Positions 10,085 through 19,607 of a stretch of 24,128 nt of DNA are shown piece after piece (position 1 is the first letter of the stretch; every line of letters begins with the position of its first letter). This DNA comes from Macrostomum lignano (taxonomy: Eukaryota). The notes beneath the pieces are model-generated. The model saw only the letters and a program-made list of their open reading frames with translations, did no database searches and was not told the DNA's origin. A program made the position numbers and the translations under genes. Location: NCBI GenBank assembly GCA_002269645.1, contig NIVC01005163.1, positions 1 to 24,128 of the forward strand, read 5' to 3'.

Positions 10085-13000
10085 ATGATCAAAAAGTCAT
10101 TGGCCAAATGTCAGCGCTGCGGCAGAGCTGTCTACCAGACGGAAAAAATTGGCCCAATAAATGACGCAGTGTTTCATCGGAACTGCTTCCGGTGCCAGAC
10201 GTGCAACATATCGCTCAATGTTGGCACCTACTGCGCTAATCCAGCGGACAGCGCTGACCGAGGCGTCTACTGTGCGAGCCACCGACCGCAGCTGAAGAAT
10301 ACTCAAATGGATATGGAAGCGGTGAGTGCAGGTCAGGCCTGCCAATCCCCAGGTAGATGTCCGATTCCCTCTGCTCAGGTCTATAGCAGTCAATGCATGT
10401 ATCAGTCTCTCCGCTCATCCTTCAAGACACTCCTGACATGAGCCATTAACACAGCTCATCCTTCAAGACACTCCTGACATGAGCCATTAACACAGCTCAT
10501 CTTTGAAGACACTCCTGACATGAGCCATTAACACAGCTCATCTTTGAAGACACTCCTGACATGAGCCATTAACACAGCTCATCTTTGAAGACACTCCTGA
10601 CATGAGCCATTAACACAGTTCATCCTTCAAGACAGTCTGACATATGTCTTTGGGTTGAAGTATAACGGTCTCCGCAGACATCGTTGTTGTAATTGAATAT
10701 AATATTTAGTATCATGTCGAAGACTTGTATCTTTCTATCGATCTGTTAACAAGTCTCAAAGTATTATTAGCCTTGAGTAATTTTACACTCCGATTCACCC
10801 AACCCAACCAGACAGTGACGCTCGGCCATTTTTTAACACTTAACAAATATTTGGCCCAGAAAACAGCTGCAAATTGGTTTGACTTATTTTTAGCACACAG
10901 TTTGTTGCATGCCTTGCTCAAAATGGAACTAGGAGATCAATTAAAACTAATGGCTTTAAAACTATTTAAAACTATAATTTTCTACCCGAAGGGCCATTTT
11001 AGGGTTTGAGAAGACTGTAATTGTATCAGAATGAATCAATTATGGCTTGAAAATGATGTGCATGTAGCACTTATTTAAGCACTATCGATGATTGCCTGTG
11101 GCCCAGTCAGTTTGATGAGTAGATTAATTTGCAAATAAATCAATCATAACACGCGCCAGGTTGGCCTTCGCACCGCGGTGTCCGCTCAGAATTTCTACAA
11201 CAAGACCAAAGATCGGGACGCCGACATTCACCGCAAAAGCCAGGTGGACGCTCAGGCCATCAGCATCAAGCAGGCGGTCACGTGCACCCGGATGCGAAAC
11301 GAAGACTTGGACGCGAAAGCGATTACGCGAAGTCAGGTGCCAACTGTTGAGTTGGAGTCTGTTGGAATTCAGGTATAATTAATTTTGATAATACATTGGA
11401 ACCATCCATTGAATGTTCAAACTTTCGCTGAAACTTTTCGGTAGACTGTCGGTGTGGAATTTGGTTTTAATCAACCTTCGTGAAATTGGGGAGTTTCGGT
11501 GGAAGTTAGGAAGTTTCGGTGAATTTGGAAGTTGGAAGTTGAAATTTCGGTGAAGTTAGGGAGTTTCGGTGGACGTTGGGGAGTTTCGTTGAAGTTGGGG
11601 AGTTTCGGTGGACGTTGGGGAGTTTCGGTGAAGTTAGGGAGTTTCGGTGGACGTTGGGGAGTTTCGTTGAAGTTGGGGAGTTTCGGTGGACGTTGGGGAG
11701 TTTCGTTGAAGTTGGGGAGTTTCGGTGGACGTTGGGGAGTTTCGTTGAAGTTGGGGAGTTTCGGTGGACGTTGGGGAGTTTCGGTGAAGTTAGGGAGTTT
11801 CGGTGGACGTTGGGAGTTTCGTTGAAGTTGGGGAGTTTCGGTGGACGTTGGGGAGTTTCGGTGAAGTTAGGGAGTTTCGGTGAAGTTAGGGAGTTTCGGT
11901 GAAGTTAGGGAGTTTCGGTGAAGTTAGGGAGTTTCGGTGAAGTTAGGGAGTTTCGGTGAAGTTAGGGAGTTTCGGTGAAGTTGGGGAGTTTCGGTGAAGT
12001 TAGGGAGTTTCAGTGGACGTTGGATAATTTTGGAGAGTTCCAGTTCGGTGAATTTGGTTTACGTTCTGGGAGTTTTTGTGGTAGAATCATCCCATTATGA
12101 GGCCGATAAATGCAGGCAGGTTTACCAAATATTTGTCCTAATCCAACCGCAGGGTCCGGTCCGAGCTCAGCGGATGCGGCGACAGAAGCGGGCCACCTAC
12201 AGCCGGCACCACTTCTTTCCTCAGTTGGTGGCGCAGAGACGCAAGGAGATGCGTGAGGCTCAGGCCACGCTGGAGAGGCGGCATCGAGAAGAGGAGGACT
12301 CGCTGTTTCGCCGGCTCATGGAGGAGAGGGAGCTCAGGGAGAGGAAACTGGCCGCAGAGATGAAGGAGACCTGGGAGACCCGGCTGGAAGAGCTGACCCG
12401 GCGGCAAGCGCCCGAAGGTGAAAGAGAGGAGCTGCGACGCACCATCAGGTTCAAGGAGCAGGAGCAGCGGAGTCTGATTGAGTCGCAGATTCAGGAGCAG
12501 GCTCAGGAAAGAACGGCCGAATTGGTTGCTAGGCAGAGTCGGGAGATGCTGCAGCTGCTGGCCAAGAAGCAGCAGGAGATGGAGGTGAGGGCTAATGAGA
12601 TCTCTGAATTCGTTTTATTCAGGAATGTACTTGTACCTAGACACTTCAAGGACCGTTGTATTAGAACGTAGCACTTGTGCCGAACTTCTTTTTGAGCACT
12701 TAATTGCTTCCAGATCGCATAAAGATGCATGCAACACGTGTTTGGTCCCAATTTTTAATCGACTTGAATTAACTTGGGAAAACTTTTATTTTCCCCACCC
12801 CGAACCAGCAGATTAAAAAAAATAGGATAAAAACTTGTATATCATGAGAGGGGTTTTAGTGAAATGCAACAAACCAACTTCCCTCCACTGTGACGTCTGT
12901 TTTCCACGCTTCTAGTCCATGTCTTATTTCTAGAAGTCCATGATATGATGCAGTCAAAAGAATACAAGAAGTTACTAAGCAGCAAGTAGATGTCTATGGC

Positions 13001-16000
13001 TGAACTCTCAACAGTGAGTTGCTCTGCTAGGACCCGCTCTTTGTCTTCTCTCTCTGGCTGTCTAAGTTCCGAGGCAAACAAAAAGCAAAGTTACTGGCAA
13101 GGCAAAAAGAGAGTTGTTGATAGCATTCAGTTAGTTAACCTTTATTCCTAACAATGGCATTAGAAGAGTCCAATTTGGTAACAAATACTAACGATCCAAG
13201 CATGGGAGCCACTTCTAGTAACCATGATGACGATGACAATGCCGACAATTTGCAGCAAGAACTGGAAGACCTGGAGGAGGGCGGCAGGCAGGGCGGCGGA
13301 GGAGGCAGCGGCGGGAGTCCCAATGTCCAGTCGATGGCGTCGATGACTTTGACGGCGAATTATGAGAATTCGAGCAGCTCGATAGCAACAGTAGACCAGC
13401 AGCAGCAGGACCAGGACCATCAAGAAGACGATGCGAAAACTCAGCATCCGGCATCTGGCGATGATGCAGCAACATCGATTGACTCGGTGGAGCTGCCTCA
13501 GCCACAGGCGGCTGGCGACGAGGATCAGAGCGACGCGGTGCCAATCATTCCCGAACGGGTGCCGTCTCCCGTTGCCCCGACCAGGCGCAAGTCCGCCCTG
13601 TACACCGACGCCTCCATATTTCGTCAGCTAGACGAGCACGTGATCAACATTGCCGAGGGCGAGCAGTTGACGTTCACGGATTTGGCCGACCAGTTAACGA
13701 CAGTGTGCATGTCGGAGTTGGAAAGGTGCGCGCGATATTCCGCTGGATAACGGTGAAAGATTTGTCAGCTCTGCGCATCGACAAGTGGAATCCGGACACG
13801 CCGATGGGCCTGCTGCGGGGCATTCAGTTCGGCACGGAGACCTACCATGTGCTGTTCATGCGGCTCTGCTCCTATGCTGGAATCCACGCCGTTGAGATCA
13901 AGGGTGAGTGCTTTTTTGAGTAGGTAGGTTCATTGCTCAAATTAGCATGCGTTGATTCTATGACTCAATGTGGAGTTTTGAGATTCTATGACTCAATGTG
14001 AGAGTTTCTGAGATTCTATGACTCAATGTGGAGTTTCTGAGATTCTATGACTCAATGTGGGAGTTTCTGAGATTCTATGACTCAATGCGAGAGTTTTGAG
14101 ATTCTATGACTCAATGTGAGAGTTTCTGAGATTCTATGACTCAATGTGGGAGTTTCTGAGATTCTATGACTCAATGTGAGAGTTTCTGAGATTCTATGAC
14201 TCAATGTGAGAGTTGTTGAGATGCCAAGGCTCATGGGGTCGAGTTGCTGAGCTGCCAAAGCTCAAGGGGTCGAGTTTCTGAGATGTAAAGGCTCAAAAAA
14301 AGATGGCTGAAATATTAGGTTAGAGGCTTGATACCAGGGTAATGCTTTTGTGCTTAATTATCATTTATCTCTAACAAGCTAGCAACAGACGTAACAAAAC
14401 CAGGATTTTAAATGTAGTTTTTAAAATTCCTTTCTTTGGTTTGGTGCCTCACTAACAGGTGAGACTAAAATAACTGCGTACGTGCCAAAGTCTCATTTTG
14501 ACATCTGGAATTGTATACAAAATGTACTGCAAATGTAATAACTCGTTGACTCATTCGAAAATTTGTACTCAGAACGAATATGAAGGTGTCTAAGTACCTA
14601 GCCGCAATGCTCAGTACAAGCAAGTTCGTAGCAAAGCCCCACCATGCTTGTATCCATGCTAACATGAACTTCAGTTTTGTCTGTAAGAAGAGAATTTGTA
14701 ATAATGTTACTAAATAACCACTCATCTGCTTTCAAAAAAATCTACACAAACTTGAGAGGCTTGTTTCTCGTCACCAAAGCTTGAATAGAGAGTAAAGAGA
14801 GGTCACTTGAATACCCTGCTAGCTAGTCGGGTGTCAGTCTATGCTGTGGCTTGTGTCTAATTAAAAGTAGCTCGTAGTACTACAGTATTGTGTAAATAAT
14901 TTATATATTTAATATTTGCAGTAATAAAACACTAAGTAGTTTTAAGAGGCAAAGGTACCGAGCCACACGGCTCAATCATTCGTTCACCAAGACTATTAGC
15001 TGTTTACCACATTGTATTATTACCGCTAGGCTAGGGGTTGTAGCCTAGTGGTAAGACCGTCCGACTGACGACTGAAAGGTCGGGGGTTCGATTCTCGACC
15101 CACTCGGAACAATTTGTGTCACTGAGCAAGACACTTAACTCTGCATTGCTTCAGTTCACCCAGGCGTAAAATGGGTGCCAGCATTAGCTGGGGTAATTGA
15201 AGGGTGTGTTGTGGCGACCCCCCCAGTCCTTGGACTGAACGGCAATAGCTGCGGCTGAGCTGTCGGTTGCACATAGGGCAGGTGTAATAAAAATATTGTA
15301 TGAGCACCATTTAGAATGATGGATGTGTCTGAGTTTAAGTTGATTAATAAAGTTACTGTTAGTAGCGGCATTTATCTCCGAAAAGAAAATCTAACTTTGA
15401 AATCACCTCGGAACAAACGCAAGCTTCAGAATTACAACAAATCCCGCAGGTTATTCAAAGTCGGTTGGCTACGAGCCCGGCATGAAGTTTCGTCAGGCTA
15501 ACAAATTCAAGAACACGTGGAACGCTGTTTACGTTGAAGGCGACTGGCGTTTGATCCAGTGCAACTGGGCCGCTAGACACCTCGTGTTCAACCGCACTAC
15601 TGGCAGTAGCCAAGCTGCGTCGGCTGCTGCTGCTCCGGCCACTTCTCCATCAACCAGCAGTGGCACTAGCGGCGGCGGAGCCTCCGAGAACCTGCGCTAC
15701 CACTACGACGAGCACTACTTCCTGACAGATCCCGACCAGTTTATCTACGAATTCTATCCGCTGGACCCGAGGTGGCAGCTGTTGGAGAAGCCGATCAGTC
15801 TAGCCGAATTCGAAGAGTTGCCGTTTGTTCGATCGGCGTTCTTCCAGTACGGCATGCGCTTTCCGTCGGGCACGAAGGCTGTGCTGGAGACGGACACGAC
15901 TGGCGGCGCGATACTGGAGCTGGGACTCCGGGATCCCAGCCTGCCGCTGGTCTGTCACTATCAGCTCCGCAACGCCGAAACGGCGCCGCGCACTACAAAG

Positions 16001-17046
16001 GCACCAAACTCGATCGATTCGTGTTCTTCACCGTCCGCTCGCCCGGTCGCCTAGTATTCGACGTGCACGTGCCGAACCTGGATGCCTATTTCCTGGAAAT
16101 ATTCGCCGCCCTAGTTGAGCCAAACAATCCGGCCACTTACGGCTATCAGGTGCGATTGAAATGCGTCGCCAAGCTGAAAGTGGTGGCGCCCGAGCTGCAG
16201 AAGCGAATGACTCCGCTGCCGCAGTCCAGCAGCAGCACCGGCGAATGGGGACCGTCCAAGGCCATGCGGCACTTCCTCATCCAGCCGATGAGTCACACGG
16301 CGGCCGGCATCAACTTCGACGGCAGCCTCTCCAGAGAGTTGTCCATCGATTTCCAGGTGCCCGCCAGCATCCTCAGCGAGAACTCGGCTTTCTCCGTTCT
16401 GCTGCACAAGAACGGCATCACGCCGCAGGCTCTGTCGCGTTACGCTCGAATCCAAATGGACGAACGTCGCAGCGTGCTTACTGTGCGCTTTCAACCACCC
16501 GAGTCTGGCGCCTACGCATTGGAGATCTTCCTCGAGAGGAAGAATAGCCAACCAACTCACGTATGCAAGTACCTGGTGCGCTGCTTGAATGTGCAATCTA
16601 ATGCGGTCTTGACTCTGACTAAACCACCTGTACCGGACGAGTTCAAAGTCAAGTCCGGCGCCAACTCTCCGGTGGTGAAGCGCCTGGCGGTAGCTTACGC
16701 CTCCGACGTGCCGTTCAAGTCTTCGGTTGATGGCAAATCCGTGTCGCTGAGATTCGCGTTTTCCGACGAGCAGCACCTCGAGTTCATAACTTCGTTGAGT
16801 CGCCTACCGTCCGATGGTAAGAAGCAGAACTCAACGGACTCGTCGGCGGTGGAGGATCATTCAGATAATTGCGAGATTCGGGTGGTGGACCAGGTAGCCA
16901 AAGTGATCGCTCATTTCGTCACCGACGGCCGCTACAATTTGCACCTGTTGGCCAGACGAGCTCAATCGGATGCCCAGTTTGAGCTTTGTTACACTTTCAA
17001 GCTGGACGTCACCCTACCAAAGGCAGTGCCGTCACAGAGTGCTTGA
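10085..17046 (+). CDS. hil: Hillarin / LTD-1 ortholog (LIM, coiled coil, transglutaminase-like, KY-type Ig-like repeats); exons 10085-10321, 11160-11372, 12153-12584, 13256-13903, 15450-17046; about 1042 aa after restoring one base at ~13722 and one at ~15978
   Basis: LIM motif CQRC...HRNCFRCQTC...CASH; coiled coil YSRHHFFPQLV...ERRHREEEDSLF; hillarin-diagnostic blocks RAIFRWITVKDL, DTPMGLLRGIQFGTETYHVLFMRLCSYAG, GYSKSVGYEPG, WNAVYVEGDWRLIQCNWAARHL, LRYHYDEHYFLTDP, GEWGP.KA, THVCKYL. GT-AG junctions give phases 0,0,0,1. The exon 4 acceptor (13256) is the least certain boundary. Confidence 0.9.
10413..10642. repeat. 41-bp minisatellite (~5.6 copies) in hillarin intron 1
   Basis: Unit CAGCTCATC(C/T)TT(C/G)AAGACACTCCTGACATGAGCCATTAACA; starts at 10413, 10454, 10495, 10536, 10577, 10618. 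Confidence 0.93.
11477..12060. repeat. G-rich 19/20-bp minisatellite with a 39-bp dimer, in hillarin intron 2
   Basis: Dimer GAAGTTGGGGAGTTTCGGTGGACGTTGGGGAGTTTCGTT, then 8 monomers of GAAGTT(A/G)GGGAGTTTCGGT from 11863. Confidence 0.93.
13952..14297. repeat. ~30-bp minisatellite (9 copies plus a degenerate tail) in hillarin intron 4
   Basis: Unit GAGATTCTATGACTCAATGTGAGAGTTTCT; TGACTCA at 13961, 13989, 14019, 14048, 14078, 14107, 14137, 14167, 14197; degenerates to GAGATG..AAGGCTCA units. Confidence 0.93.
15034..15292 (+). mobile_element. tRNA-derived CORE-SINE in hillarin intron 4
   Basis: A-box TAGCCTAGTGG (15041-15051); B-box GGTTCGATTCT (15085-15095); then TGTGTCACTGAGCAAGACACTTAACTCTGCATTGCTTCAGTTCACCCAGGCGTAAAATGGGT, resembling the CORE domain of MIR-type SINEs; ends near TAATAAAAA. 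The 3' boundary is approximate. Confidence 0.75.
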
Positions 17047-17849
17047 TGTGCAGCTAGTTTTCTGTGAAGAACATTTACAGTACATACACGCAAAGATTAG
17101 TTAACCAAATGAAACTATAGGGAGATTTTATTTCCATGAAATCTACAGTGCATACGAGTACATGTAAATGTAGAAACATTTTTTGCTAAGTTTCAGCAAT
17201 AGGAAAAGCCTCGCAATGTGGGTGGTTGAAGTAGGGCCGCTTTTAATATTTTTATTTTAAAGAATGAGCTAAAATTTGACTAAAAATTTTGTTTATCGCG
17301 ACATTCTAACAAAAAGCTAAACCAACGGAAGGTTCATTGATCGCAGATTAACAAAACGAGGCGCGACGTGCATCTAAAAAAATTTTACGTAATTAACCAG
17401 CGTTCCATGCCACATCGCTAAACTTCGCTCTTGCTGTAATCATTTTAAATTACCAAATTCTCATGCATGCCTACTGATTAGATTTTCATCAAAACTCTGT
17501 ATTGATCACACTTCGATGCCTAAAAACATCGCTGCTTCTATGCGTGTCGACACAATTAAAAAGAGCGAATAAAAATGGTAAAAAATATATTCTGAAGCGT
17601 CTGCACCAAAATGCGAATAAGTATTTCTTAGTAATGAAATTTTCAGTCTAAATAATAATCACTAATATTTTTTCTGCAGATGGCACATAGGGTGCATGCA
17701 GTGGCAGTTGGTGGTCATGTGCGGCTAGGCGGTGGTCTAGTGGATGCTTTCCATATATAAGATCCAAAATTAAGGATACTCTGCCCTGAAAAAGAATAAT
17801 ATTTGCCGGATGTAGGAACCCCTGACACGTTGCGCTTTCATATCTCAGA

Positions 17850-18720
17850 AACAACACAACAACAGAATACGCAGTTAGCGTCACGAGGCGCGCTTGAAGG
17901 CCAGGTCGCGAATGAACGCCACGCCGCCAGCCGAATCCTGGCCGGCGTTAGCCAGCAGGCAGTCGACGAAACGCCGAGTGCGCGCCTGCTCCCGCCGGTA
18001 GGATGCCTGCAGCGTTAGCAGCAGCACCTGCACCGGTTCTGGGCAATACGACTCGGCGCGGATGATGTGGCCTGCCAGCTGGAGTCGCCGATGGCGCGAC
18101 AGGTCGCTTGGACGGACCAGGCCGGCGCGGTGATACAAAGTCGAGTTGGTCACTCGCTCGTAGCTGACCTTGAAGGCTGCGCACAGCAGGCTAGCGTGCG
18201 CCGCGTCAACTTGTTGCTCGAGCGACTCCGTCAGGGTCCAGGTCTCGGCGTTGTACAGCAGGACGGTCTCGATCACTGCCTGGAACAACGCCACCCTCTG
18301 GCGGTCAGGTAAGGCCTCAGACTGCAAGACTGCCCTCACGGAACGAAAGGCAGCCCGAGCCCAGCCAAGCACGCGGCGACGCCGCAAATCCTCGCGAACG
18401 CCGGGAACCAGACCGCCGAGGTAGACGAACTGCTGACAACGCGGAAGCTCTGTCGCCTGTTCATCAGCGCCTCGGCACAAAATTGCAGCCTCGATGTCGT
18501 CCGGCAGGCAGAGCACGACGGTCTTCTGCGTGTTGACCACCAGGCCGACACTCGTTGCAATAGCAACTAGCTTGTCCAGTTGTCGCTGGGCGCCCTCGAC
18601 AGTTGACGACAGCAGGGCGAGGTCGTCGGCGTAGCCAAGCACACTGACCCACGCGTCGCCGCAACAGAAAGCCGTCGTCGTTGGTAAGGAAGAGCGGTCC
18701 GCAGCACCCAGTCAAGCACC
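17850..18720 (-). mobile_element. 5'-truncated RTE-like non-LTR retrotransposon (RT C-terminal half), degenerate
   Basis: ORF 17881-18642 has YADD, GLVVNTQKT, FVYLGG, LLYNAETWTLT and RRLQLAGHIIR; upstream VLDWVLRTALP and NDDGFLLRRRVG lie in shifted frames; short (GTT)-type tail after the stop (plus-strand ACAACACAACAAC, 17851-17863). Confidence 0.88.
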
Positions 18721-18748
18721 ATACATATCTCCGAAAGCATCTATTTCA

Positions 18749-19160
18749 TACATGTACATCCGAGAAGCCTAACCCTAACCCTGAAATATGAAGTTTTGGA
18801 GATGTGAAAGAGGCTGCTACATGTACATCCGAGAAGCCTAACCCTGAAATATGAAGTTTTGGAGCTGTGAAAGAGGCTGCTACATGTACATCCGAGAAGC
18901 CTAACCCTAACCCTGAAATATGAAGTTTTGGAGTTGTGAAAGAGGCTGCTACATGTACATCCGAGAAGCCTAACCCTAACCCTGAAATATGAAGTTTTGG
19001 AGCTGTGAAAGAGGCTGCTACATGTACATCCGAGAAGCCTAACCCTGAAATATGAAGTTTTGGAGCTGTGAAAGAGGCTGCTACATGTACATCCGAGAAG
19101 CCTTAACCCTGAAATATGAAGTTTTGGAGCTGTGAAAGAGGCTGCTACATGTTCATCCGA
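18749..19160. repeat. 63/69-bp satellite containing 1-2 telomeric hexamers per unit
   Basis: Unit CATGTACATCCGAGAAGCC(TAACCC)1-2TGAAATATGAAGTTTTGGAGCTGTGAAAGAGGCTGCTA; starts at 18751, 18820, 18883, 18952, 19021, 19084, 19148 (lengths 69, 63, 69, 69, 63, 64). Confidence 0.93.
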
Positions 19161-19173
19161 CAACAGCAGCCCG

Positions 19174-19348
19174 AACTTTATTTATCGTTAGGCATGTACA
19201 CTTTACTGTGCCTTGAGGGTTGGGCCTCAAGGTGAACGAGCAGAGCCAAGCCGAGATTAAAATTTAGCCCCAAATTAATGGGACTGCACTTGGAATCAAG
19301 CCTGGGCCGCTGGCACATCAGAGCTAGACCACTGGGCTACGGCAACCC
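19174..19348 (-). mobile_element. tRNA-derived SINE, family A copy 2
   Basis: Minus strand GGGTTGCCGTAGCCCAGTGGTCTAGCTCTGATGTGCCAGCGGCCCAGGCTTGATTCC...CATGCCTAACGATAAATAAAGTT; homologous to 9266-9423. Confidence 0.7.
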
Positions 19349-19607
19349 TGCAGGTATAGTAAATCAAGACAATTAAAGATGGCTTTTAATAAATATTGCT
19401 CGCATAGAAATGATCAAATGAACGTTAATTACTGCTGACAATTTATATTTAACACTACTACAACATAGTATAATTTATGACGGTAAAAAATCTCAAAAAG
19501 CATGTGTTAAGTGCAACGTCTGCAACACACCGACACGACAGCACAATGCAAGGCGATGAAATGCACGCACCGTACCGCGAATTGAAGCAAACATCAGTGC
19601 AAAAGAG

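Noticed and set aside
10725-11009. 94-aa intronic ORF as a nested gene
   Set aside because: Non-ATG start per the track, AT-rich, and no family motif recognised.
11532-11902. Repetitive ORFs (KLGSFGGRWGVS / EVGEFRWTLGSF)
   Set aside because: Minisatellite translations inside intron 2.
15034-15105. Functional tRNA gene
   Set aside because: A and B boxes are present, but the anticodon arm does not pair properly and the sequence runs into a CORE domain, so it is a SINE head. The same applies to the heads at 9423 and 19348.
15825-16776. Long antisense or alternative-frame ORFs over hillarin exon 5 (also over the LINE and MRPL16)
   Set aside because: Shadow ORFs expected in GC-rich coding sequence.
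18741-19163. 140-aa repetitive ORF (RLLGCTCSSLFHSSKTSYFRV)
   Set aside because: Open only because the satellite units are 63/69 bp (multiples of 3); no coding evidence.
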